From NCBI GenBank assembly GCA_977016875.1, contig CDRNST010000175.1:1054001-1118000 (forward strand): a stretch of DNA of 64,000 bases, read 5' to 3'. Both the position numbers and the translations under genes were made by a program. The DNA comes from Pavona decussata (Eukaryota). The notes below the pieces were generated by a model. It saw only the letters and a list, made by a program, of their open reading frames with translations. It searched no databases and was not told where the DNA came from. Below are positions 25,533 through 36,514 of the stretch, piece by piece (positions within the stretch are counted from its first letter, which is position 1; each line of letters begins with the position of its first letter).

Positions 25533-26167
25533 TTAACCCATTATGCACCAGCCGTTTCCAGAGGTTTTCCAAAATTCAGCAAAATTGGCAAAGTAGTTAT
25601 TTCCTACCCCATGTGCAGTAAAAATACATAACTTACAGGGCAAAAACAAAAAAAAACACCACCACTTTGGTCTAAGATAGTTAAACTTACTAATTATGGA
25701 ATAAAATACACTAGTTGCCGATTAAAAATTTTCCAAACAGCAAACTTGAAGGTACAAAAATTCCGAAATTTCGATGAAATTTGATCCGCGCATCACATGG
25801 GTGAAATTTGAATCGTCTCGAGAGCAAGTGTTTGTTTACTCAAGATTACAGTTCTCACGTTTTCTCAATGAAAATCGACAGTGAATAGAACAGATAGAAA
25901 GAAAACCACACAGAAAGCTTTCCTAAATGAAACATTTATTCAGAAAAGTCTTTGTTTACGCCTTAGAAAGAAACGCGTATAATAATAAATGCGAGACGAG
26001 AGACGCGCAAGCGATTTGAAGGAACTACAAGTCCATTTCGAAGCGAATTTATCGACCCGTGCGGGGCACTTTTTTCAAATATTTCGCAAAAACTGTTCAG
26101 AGTACAAAGAATCGGTCAATTAGTATAGTATTTCAGTACAAATTCACAATCAAACCTGTAATTTTTT
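25533..26167. mobile_element. Second, diverged member of the repeat family at 4190-5165
   Basis: Starts ttaaccc. 25914-26167 aligns with 4407-4660. Confidence 0.55.
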
Positions 26168-27467
26168 GGCTGTTGGATTCCCAGAATGTAGCTTGCTCGC
26201 TCGTCGCTTGAAACGTTAATTTTTGCTTTGAATTTGATGAAGTTTAAATCTGAGTTGCTTTGATTGCCTTTTGCTCGCTGGCGGTGACAAAGTTGGCTCA
26301 CTGGCTGATGTCGAGTTTACTCTCGTGTGGTTCGCTGGCCGATAGTTTGCTACAGTTGTCGTTTGCTTTAGCTTTGCTTAGATTGAATTCAGTTTAAAGA
26401 GGTTTCTCAGTTTCTTTGATTACTTTATGCCCGCTGGCGTTGTCTGGATTTGGCACGCTGGCCGAGTACTCTTTTGGCTCGCTGGCCGATTGTTGAGCTT
26501 GCTAGCTCGATAAATATACCACAGTGGCACTTAACTAAAGTACACTCACGTAGAATTGGTAATAAAAACAAATAAACCTTTCAAAAACGGGTGAAAATGG
26601 CGTTTTTCTTGCCTCAAACTTGGTCTACACTCGATAAATGCCAAAGCCGGTGAGCATCGACGATCAGAATCATGCGATTGACATCACAATCTCTGCGAGC
26701 TACGATTGGTCCGTTGCAATTTTCATTACGTCATTGGAATCTCAAGAATCTTACCTTACACTCAGGAATCTTACCTTACAAACATTTCTCTCGATCACTC
26801 GAGATTTTTTCCGCCAGCACAGTACTTTCGCACGGCTCTATAATGCTGCCGCCTCGCCAGCCTCGCGTCTTCGCTCGGCTGACTCGTTGGCAATTAATTC
26901 GTTAAGTCTTGACCATTAAATTTGGTCTTTCCACTGCTACCATGGATTTAAAGAGCTGGCGATGATTAAATGTTTAAAATTGACGTTCAGTCACTCAGCT
27001 TCGGCCGCTGTGAGGTAAAATAATTGCATGCAAAATTTAAGTTTGCAAAGTTAACATTTCTTGCCAAGTTCAGGATCAACCGCTGCAAACATAAGTGTAA
27101 TCCACCTTTGATATTTAGCAATGCAAAATCTGTTCCTCTCGTAATTCAGCAGGTATTTAGATCGGCACACAGATATTTCCCAAAGAGAAAGTCAGCGTCT
27201 CCAAACATAGCTTGCCATGATGTAATGTCAGTAAATAAAGGCATTCAATTTTCATGTGTTCTCACAGAAACTACAGTGGTGACCATTTCTGTAAATGTTC
27301 CTGGATCATACTGTTTTTTTTTTTTAGATCACACTAGCACTTCTTTTACGGCAGAAGAAATACTTTGACTCGAAGCTCGACTGTGATCAGAATGAAGAAG
27401 TTCTTCAACGGTCATTGAGCTTTGTGAGAACGCGCCAGCTAATGGCGCGTTCCATTTGACCAATTAC

Positions 27468-28338
27468 AGAAGTAGCTGTCAAATTGTGTCCAATCCAATC
27501 ACAGAGCCGGTTGTCATTAATGAGGATACGTTCAACCCACTCAAACTCTGGAACATTGGTAAGAAATCCCAGCACTCCTTTAGATAATTCGAAAGAAGTT
27601 AGCCTGTGAACGGGTTTCCAAGGGCCCTTCCAAGTTGGGTACAGGACACACGACACACGACTTGGGAACCTGTTTAAAGGGCTATATGATTGAAACATGA
27701 TTGCCGAGGAATGATCTTTTTAAACGATTAAACCGGACATAACGGTCATAGTCATATGCAAGGATGAACATAATTTTGCAGGGGTGATATCATAGAAGTA
27801 GCTGTCAAATTGTGTCCAATCCAATCACGACTTGGGAACCTGTTTTAAGGGCTATATGATTGAACATGATTGCAGAGGAATGATATTTTTAAACGATTAA
27901 ACCGCACATAACGATCATATTATTATGCGAGGATGAACGTAATTTTGGAGGGGTGATATTATAGAAGTAGCTGTCAAATTGTGTCCAATCCAATCACAGA
28001 GGCGGTTGTCATGTATGAGGATACGTTCAACCCACTCAAACTCTGGAACACTGGTAAGAAATCCTGGCACTCCTGTAGATAATTCGAAAGAAGTTAGCCT
28101 GTGAACGGGTTTCCAAGGGCCCTTCCAAGTTGGGTACAGGGCAAAGAGAAAAAGCTGCGATCAGGGCTAGCGAAGCGCGGTTCAAGTTTTCTTTTTGCCG
28201 TTCACACGACTTGGGAACCTCTTTAAAGGGCTATATGATTGAAACATGATTGCCAAGGAATGATATTTTTAAACGATTATACCGCACATAACGGTCATAT
28301 TCATATGCGAGGATGAACGTAATTTTGGAGGGGTGATG
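27468..28338. repeat. Complex local tandem duplication (two near-complete copies and one internally deleted copy)
   Basis: agaagtagctgtcaaattgtgtccaatccaatcac occurs at 27468, 27794 and 27963. The block cacgacttgggaacct...ggggtgat also occurs three times. Confidence 0.9.
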
Positions 28339-28633
28339 TCTCACCAGTAAATTCAGCCACTCATCTCACTTGTATAAAAATAAAATATGCTACAAAGTTT
28401 ATAAAAGTTTACGGACAGGCGTGAATTAAATGGGGAGGGGGTTTGGTGGTGCTTGAGCTGGCTCAGCAGTCCATGATCTCCACAAGAAGCACTCAAGTTT
28501 CTTTCCAATTGTTATTTAATATAGTTTTTACCAGTAAAAAAAGGTGGTGGGATGGGAATGTGTAGTATATGTTACATAAAAATTGTGAAAGGGACGATTA
28601 AATTACCGCAATTTATGAAATTAATTTATGAAA

Positions 28634-30712
28634 TTAATCTTCAGTTCGCGCACGTGTCTAGCACAAAGCTTTCACTCCTACGGTGAAAACCATCTGCCCG
28701 TGAAATGACCTTAGATTAATAATCTTCAGTGCACGCACGTGTTTAGTACAAAGCCTTGCATGCATATGGTCAACCATCCGCCAGTGAATCGAACTCAGAT
28801 TAATAATCTCGAGTGCACGCACATGTTTAGTCCGAAGCCTTGCATGTATGTGGTCAACCATCCGCCGGTGAAATGAACTCAAATTAATAATCTTGAGGCG
28901 GCGCATGTGGTTAGTACTCAGCCTTGCATGTATTTGGTCAACTATCTGCCAGTGAAAGAAACTCAGATTAATAATCTTGAGTGCATGCAAGTGTTTAGTA
29001 CGAAGCCTTGCCTGTATGTGGTCGACTATCCACCAGTAAAATGAACTCATATTAATAGTAATGAGTGCGCGCACGTGTCTAGTGCGAAGCCTTGCATGTA
29101 TATGGTCAACCATCTGCCCGTGAAAAGACCTCAGATTAATGATCTTCAGTGCGCACACGTGTCTAGTCCGAAGCCTTCCATGTATGTGGTCAACCATCCG
29201 CCTGTAAAAAGACCTCAGATTAATAGTCTTGAGTGTGCGCACGTGTTTAGTAGCCTTCCATGTATATGGTCAACTATCCGCCGGTGAAATGAACTCAGAT
29301 TAATAATCTTGAGTTAACGCTTGTGTTTAGTCCGAAGCCTTGCATGTATATGGTCAACTATCCATCCGCCAGTGAAACGAACTCAGATTAATAAGCTTGA
29401 GTTCGCGCATGTGTCTAGTGCGAAGCCTTGCAAGTATATGGTCAACCAACCGCCGATGAAACTAACTCAGATTAATAATCTTAAGTACGCGCATGTGTTT
29501 AGTGCGAAGCCTTGCATGTATATGGTCAACCACCCGCAGGTAAAATGAAATCAGATTAATAATCTTGAGTGCGTGCAAGTGTTTAGTCCAAAGCCTTGCA
29601 TGTATGTCGTCAACTATGCGCAGGTGAAATGAACTCAGATTAATAATCTTGAGTGCGGGCACGTGTTGAGTACGAAGCCTTGCATATATGTGGTCAACCA
29701 TCCGCCGGTGAAACGAACTCAGATTAATAATCTTGAGTGCGCGCTCGTGTTTAGTCCGAAGCCTTGCATGAATGGAAGGATAGATAGATAGTTTATTAAA
29801 AACTGCATCGCAGCCAAAGGCTGAATTGCGCAATTTATTACAAATGTCTTATGATACTTTAAAAAATTACAAATGAATCCTTGATAATAAATAAAAAACT
29901 AATTACAGTGTTAAAAATTCTATATAATTTATTTATATAAAAAATATGTTAACTTGTATTAAGTATGTGGCATAAAACTACAGCCTAGACATCGCATATA
30001 TAAACGTGTTTCTTGTTCTGTTTTTACAAAGCTTTGGTATATTATAATGGCGCTGTCGTCTTAGGTTATAGCGTGAGTTGTCATAACCTGGTGGAGGGAG
30101 CAATGTTATCAAAAAGCTTGCTGCATAGACCGTAATGATGATTCAGAATGGGTGTTACCCCCACCTCTATTGCCGAGTTGCACTTTCCTGATGTTATTAT
30201 TAATATTGCTCTTTTCTCAAGCTGTACCAGCACGTTCTTTAAGGACTTGGGGAGACCGTTGAAAAAGACAGGTGCTGCATAATATGTGGTCAACCACTCG
30301 CCCGTGAAATGAACTCAGATCAATAATCTTGAGTTGGCGCACGTGATTAGTCCAAAGCCTTGCATGTATGTCGTCAACTATGCGCCGGTGAAATGAACTC
30401 AGATTAATAATCTTAAGTGGGCGCAAGTGTTTAGTCCGATGCCTTGCATGTATGTGGTCAACTATCCACCTGTGAAATGAACTCAGAATTATAATCTTTA
30501 GTTGGCGCACATGTTTAGTCCGAAGCCGTGCATGTATATGGTCAACTATCGGCCAATGAAACAAACTCAGATTAATAATCTTGAGTGCGCGCACGTGTTA
30601 AGTACGAAGCCTTGGATGTATATGGTCAACTATGCGCTGGTGAAATGAACTCAGATTAATAATCTTGAGTGCGTGCACGTGTTAAGTCCGAAGCCTTGCA
30701 TATCTATGATCA
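28634..30712. repeat. 84-bp tandem satellite (about 13 + 5 units) interrupted by a LINE fragment
   Basis: Consensus tgaaatgaactcagattaataatcttgagtgcgcgcacgtgtttagtccgaagccttgcatgtatatggtcaaccatccgccgg. The minus-strand ORFs show 28-aa periodicity. Confidence 0.95.
29780..30282 (-). mobile_element. 5'-truncated CR1-group LINE 3' end
   Basis: YAAPVFFNGLPKSLKNVLVQLEKRAILII...RYNLRR...RTRNTFI. The 3' UTR ends aattcagcctttggctgc...aataaa followed by a (ctat)n tail. Confidence 0.85.
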
Positions 30713-30985
30713 ATCAACTTCTCTCTTCTCTCTCTCACTCCCAACTGCTAATGTCCGTTCTTGGTGAACTGGCCAGGAAATGCAAATTTCTTGTATTTTG
30801 AGAGGTCCAACTAATTTGAAAAATAACACTGAATAAATAAATAAATAAAACCTCAAGGCAACAACTTGAACGTTTTTTAAATGAATGTTGATGAATTAAG
30901 ATTTGAAAAAATGGCATACAATTTAATACTTTGAAATAAATATGATGCCGGTATATTTTCAGCCTGGTGAATGAATGAGAATGAA

Positions 30986-31061
30986 GTATTATTCTAGAAA
31001 GTGACACGGGCATACTCGGAAAAAAATCAGAGTATGCCTGTGTCACTTTCTAGAATAATAC
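30986..31061. repeat. Near-perfect hairpin with 32-bp arms
   Basis: gtattattctagaaagtgacacgggcatactc, a 12-nt loop, then gagtatgcctgtgtcactttctagaataatac; one mismatch. Confidence 0.9.
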
Positions 31062-31177
31062 ATCGTTGTCAAAGAAATACTTTCTTTGCCTTATCATTAA
31101 CTATTCGATCACTTAAATAGTGCTGACTGAATACCCCCCCCCCTGCCCAAAAAGAAAAAAAGAGAAAGAAAAACTTA

Positions 31178-32578
31178 CCCTCGTTCTCCAATTTCGCTTT
31201 TTCAGCACAGAATCGAAGAAAAAGCAGGTGGCTGTTTTAAGACCCTGCAAATAACCAAATATACTTGATGGAGGAAAACTTTGCAAATATTTTCAATGAC
31301 TTGCGCAGTTGGAAATATGCAGGAGAAGATCTGCTGACACCGTTGTCGTAATCTTGCCAGCAACTCGCCTTTAGCAACAGTATTGCTTTTTTTAGGTTTA
31401 AATAGTCCAGCATTTTCCTACCTCGTCATTAAGCCACCCAGGTGTCCATTTCATATCTGCCTTGAGAAGGGACAGCCATTTGCTTTTTTGAATTGGGTCA
31501 TCTCTTTTTGAATCATCTTTAAATCTTTCCATAAGACATGACCCACTTTTCTATCGGTAGCACTGTCATCGTCCCACACCTGTTGCACCTAAGATAACAA
31601 AATAAGCAGTCCATCATCCATTTATTTCTCTGATATTTGCATTCTTTAATATGTCTCAGTGTTCACAGGCATCCTGTTAGTAAGAGGTACAGGTTCCCTT
31701 TTATCTGTCAGATAAGTGGATAAAGAAGGTCTTTCTTTGTAGCATTGCAGCCATAGGTGTTACAACATGAAGGAACTTCTTCATAATGTTTCAATACAGC
31801 TTTTAGTAAATTGGTTAACCGTTATTGTTCATTACACCCATTTAGAAATCACTGGTGGTCCTTGCAATCTGATTGGCTCTCAACAGTGCGATTTATTCCC
31901 AAATTGCACCATTTTTTGCTCTAAATCACATCCTTTCTTTAATCCACCAAAATGGAAATGAAGTAACAAAAATAGAATATTCATATTGGCAATAATTCTC
32001 TGTGATTTCAAATTAGGTGTAATAAAGTGGTTATTGAACTTTGTGTTGTGCATAAAATCAAACTCGTGCTAACAGTATATGATTTCATACCAAATTGCAC
32101 TCCACTCAGTTCAATTGTCATTATTTATAACATGTTTATGCCCAGGAATAGCAAGAAGAACTGGGCAAATGGAGGAACAACTGAACAAACCCTATAATTT
32201 ATTATTAAAATAACAGCAGATGTGTGAATCGAAGCAAACAAAATTTCTAACATTCATTGTTTGAACGTTTCATAGAGAAACTGTTGCTTACCAGAGCTCT
32301 TCTTCTTGCTCCAAGTAGCCTCAATTGACAATTTTTTGCATTGCTGTCAAGTCGGTCTTTGTAGGAGATAAGGAAAAATTTAGGGTTGTTCTTGTCATTT
32401 GTTACTCTTACATTCCAGTCAAAAACCTGCTCCTTCTCCACGTTTTCAATTATGACGTCCGCGGGCCAAAAGAAATTATTTCCATCCAACTGCTTCATGA
32501 AAGTTATGCTCACCATCTCTTCTTCTTTGAGTATTTTTCCAACAAAGTACTGCCACAAGGCTTTCTCCAACAATTCCC
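31178..32578 (-). pseudogene. Scattered exons of a decayed gene: Tudor-like segment and start of an Ulp1-like protease
   Basis: Exon YFVGKILKEEEMVSITFMKQLDGNNFFWPAD (about 32580-32400). An exon ending WTPGWLNDE at a gtagg donor (about 31421), then an exon reading VLNSHLL. Confidence 0.4.
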
Positions 32579-32809
32579 TGCATAAAAAAATGAAATGTCA
32601 TATAAGATTTACAGACTGGATGTAAGGTAAAAGGTTTCCTTTGCGACCCACAAAGGGTCATGTGCTCTTTAAGGGGTTACCTGCTAAGGTTATTACAAAC
32701 ATCAAGTCTGAGTGCTTGACTTCAATTGTTGAATAGTACTACTTTTATGCCATTTTTATCCTTTAATTTAACGAACCTTCTCCTCGTCGGTCTCGTTCTC
32801 ATTCTCCTC

Positions 32810-33248
32810 CTGTTTCAACTAAGAGACAAAATTCACAATTATTCCACAAGGCAAAATATGAGGCTATCCCTACCAAACGTTAAACAAAATTTGGGAAAAG
32901 GACCTTCCTTTTTACTGGCGCAGAAATATTTAAAAAATTTCCTTTAGACATTGTGAATAGTGAAAACATTGAAACGTTCTGCGCCAAGCAAGACATTTCT
33001 TTTTACCTAACTTTGATATTTTATTACTATTTTAGGCTTTGAATGTGAGTTTGCATTGTATTTTAATTATTTAGGCTTTGTATTTTAGTTCTAATATTCT
33101 AGTAATATATTTTTATTGGGCATTTTAAATGTAAGAGTTTGATTCTTGATGTAAATCATTTTTTTAAGATACAGGGCGCCTATGGAGACCAGCCTTAGAG
33201 CTGAATGGGCTACCCTGTGTAAATAAAGTTTGCTTACTCATTCACTCA
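32810..33248 (+). mobile_element. L2/Crack-type LINE 3' end
   Basis: IHNYSTRQNMRLSLPNVKQNLGKRTFLFTGA.IF..FP..I. Terminal stem-loop cagggcgcc...ggctaccctg, then aataaa and a short tandem tail. Confidence 0.75.
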
Positions 33249-33313
33249 AGTAGCTTATACAGCTGATATTAAAATGGTGATTTAATATTGATAATTACCC
33301 TACATTACTGGAT

Positions 33314-34860
33314 AGACTTTTCAAATCATGAAACAAAATGAGGATATGTAAAACAAAAACAAAAAAGGATTGGTTGTTATTCTTTTAAACATCAAGCTAA
33401 AAGTATCTATGACTAGGAGGAGGGAAAATTAGCTCACCAATTTAAATTGTTTCCTGAGCTTTTGAAATTCCGGTTGCGGGAGAACTTTTAACTGCAATAA
33501 AGTGTGTCCATTAATTGAAGAATTGGAATAAACCTTAAATATTCAGGCCCATCTTTTGCAAAAGCACTTTAAACTACGTAGACACAGTACTTACTATTTC
33601 TGGCGTTTCCATGGAGTCGTTTTCATCCTTACTTGGCAGAATAACGTCAGATCTGTCTTCCTCAGTAACGTCAACAGCAAGTACACTGTCCCAATTGCCT
33701 GTGCATTCGTCATCACTTTGCTAATGGAGAAAAAAAGCAAGAACAAAAAACATCAAATTATACTTCATGGAACAATAACTTCAAATTCGTCTTCTTCATC
33801 AGAAAATATCTGGACAAAAAAGTCAGTAAGACTTTTCAAATCATGAAGCAAACTGAGGATATGTAAAACAAAAACAAAAAAGGATTGGTTGTTATTCTTT
33901 TAAACATCAAGCTAAAAGTATCTATGACTAGGAGGAGAGAAAATTAGCTCACCAATTTAAATTGTTTCCTGTGCTTTTGAAATTCCGGTTGCGGGAGAAC
34001 TTTTAACTGCAATAAAGTGTGTCCATTAATTGAAGAATTGGAATAAACCTTAAATATTCAGGCCTATCTTTTGCAAAAGCACTTTAAACTACCTAGACAC
34101 GGTACTTACTATTTCTGGCGTTTCCATGGGATCGTTTTCATCCTCACTTGGCAGAATAACGTCAGATCCGTCTTCTTCAGTAACGTCAACAGCAAGTACA
34201 CTGTCCCAATTGCCTGTGCATTTGTCATTACTTTGCTAATGGAGAAAAAAAGCAAGAACAAAAAACATCAAATTATACTTCATGGAACAATAACTTCAAA
34301 TTCGTCTTCTTCATCAGAAAATATCTGGACAAAAAAGTCAGTAAGACTTTTCAAATCATGAAACAAACTGAGGATATGTAAAACAAAAACAAAAAAAGGA
34401 TTGGTTGTTATTCTTTTAAACATCAAGCTAAAAGTATCTATGACTAGGAGGAGAGAAAATTAACTCACCAATTTAAACTGTTTCCTGTGCTTTTGAAATT
34501 CCGGTTGCGGGAGAACTTTTAACTGCAATTAAGTGTGTCCATTAATTGAAGAATTGGAATAAACCTTAAATACTAGGCCCATCTTTTGCAAAAGCACTCT
34601 AAACTACTTAGACACGGTACTTACTATTTCTGGCGTTTCCATGGAGTCGTTTTCATCCTCACTTGGCAGAATAACGTCAGATCCGTCTTTCCTCAGTAAC
34701 ATCAACAGCAAGTACACTGTCCCATTTGCCTGTGCATTCGTCATCACTTTGCTAATGGAGAAAAAACCAAGAACAAAAAACATCAAATTATACTTCATGG
34801 AACAATAACTTCAAATTCGTCTTCTTCATCAGAAAATATCTGGACAAAAAAGTCAGTAAG
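33314..34860. repeat. 515-bp tandem repeat, 3 copies plus a diverged partial copy to about 35008, containing exon-like segments
   Basis: agacttttcaaatcatgaa occurs at 33314, 33829 and 34344 (period 515). Confidence 0.95.
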
Positions 34861-35296
34861 TCTTGTTCATAATATGGCGCTGATGAAATATTAATAAATG
34901 CAATTACCTCCTCTGAGGTAATGTGTAACAGCAAGTACTGCACTGTCCAATTCGCCTGGGCATTTGTCATCACTTGGCTAATGGAAAAAAAACCAAGAAC
35001 AAAAAACATTTATACTGCATTGAACAGTTGACAAAAAATAAATAATAATAATAATAAAATATGTGAAATATATCTTTACCCATGGCTTTCTTGTCTTGTC
35101 CCTAAGCCATTAAAATGTTCCACACAATTTGCTATTTACACGTTAAAAGTATGTATAAAAAAGAGCTATCAAGAACCTATTTACAATTCATTTCATTAAA
35201 AAAAGAGACTATTTTCATTCACAATTTCGGTAATATTTTTTTTTAAATATTCGATTGCAATAAAAAACGAGACTACTTTCAAGCATAATGTATTTT

Positions 35297-35297
<1 letters not shown>

Positions 35298-35336
<39 letters not shown>

Positions 35337-35350
35337 GTTATAATAATAAT
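35298..35350. repeat. (AAT)n microsatellite
   Basis: Read directly from the sequence. Confidence 0.9.
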
Positions 35351-35405
35351 AGCTTTAGGGTTTTCACAAGAGGTGCATAACTGTAAAACACCAAGCTGAA
35401 CTTAC

Positions 35406-36000
35406 GGAGGTCTGTTTCTGAGTGGCAGAGGTCTCACTTTGTTTCCGAAATGGAAACAAGGTGTCTCCTCAACAGCACGGATTTCTTCACTGAAATCAGT
35501 CATGAAATATGCAGGTTGCCAGTCTGGGTTCCACTCCTTTATGATCTCCAGTTTCAGTTCCTTTATCTTGTATCATAAATGTGGCCACGACCTGGTAATC
35601 GACATTTGTCTTCACTGCCAGGAAGAAGAGAGGTAGGGAATGCCTGGTTGTCTTATGGGTGGCATCCAGAAGACAAATGTTATTACCATATTTGCACAAT
35701 AGCCGTCTTTGCCATGGTGTTTGATGGACAAGGAGGAATTTCTGGCATGAGAGGGGAGTTGTAAGCTTTATTTCCTCTGCATCATTATCTTTTTAAACAG
35801 AGTCCTTCTCAGAAGCCTCTCGTATTTGCGAGAGAAATATTTGTCACTCGGATTCTGTTCTTGCCACTCTTTTATTTTAGCTTCAGCATTGGTTTGATCA
35901 CAGTTGGAAAATCTGCTTTTCTCCGTAGCCCGGTACATATGATTATAAAGATCTTTCTTTGTTGGAAAATAGCTCCTGCTTGTTGAAGGTGGCTTCATGG
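35406..36000 (-). pseudogene. MULE transposase N-terminal/catalytic part (CaRF-like family)
   Basis: RSYFPTKKDLYNHMY...DQTNAEAKIKEW; KYGNNICLLDATHKTTRHSLPLFFLAVKTNVDYQVVATFMIQD; WNPDWQPAYFMTDFSEE. Ends at a gtaag donor near 35405. Confidence 0.85.
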
Positions 36001-36514
36001 GAACAGCTTACTCCTGACATACTCTCTTAAATGTCTCCTCTTTTTTACTGTGCTTTCCATCGATGGTCTTTTACTTTTGTTCTTGCTTTTTGCAATGTAA
36101 CAAAGTATTTTCCATCCTTTCTTTTAAACTTTTCTTTTCTGGTCTATCAAGAGCAGAGAACTTTTTTTGCATCCGCTATTACAGGCTGTCTGCGTCACAG
36201 CAAGTGCTATTTGATTTTATCAGAAACAAATAGAGAAAATCTGGTAGCAATTTGGAGATTTCTCGAAATTGTATTTTTAGACGCTTATCATACCCTAAAG
36301 ACTTTGTTAAGTTAATTGATTCCACAAAAATAAACATTTTTTCTAAACATTACTGACAATATCATACTTACATAAGAACTACATTAAAGATACTCTCTAC
36401 ATTGCATTACAATACGAAAATAAACATGGCTTACTGTGTCAGTAATTATAATCGTTGCATTCGTTAATAATACATACTGAATGCTTCTGTTGCTTGGGAG
36501 ATAGAGTACATTAA

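Noticed and set aside
26520-27012. Transib-like non-autonomous element (cacagtgg ... ccgctgtg)
   Set aside because: The inverted similarity is weak beyond 8 bp and there is no matching 5-bp TSD.
28634-30712. CRISPR array or genuine repeat-protein gene
   Set aside because: The units are contiguous with no unique spacers, there are no cas genes and the context is eukaryotic. The ORFs arise because the 84-bp unit is a multiple of three.
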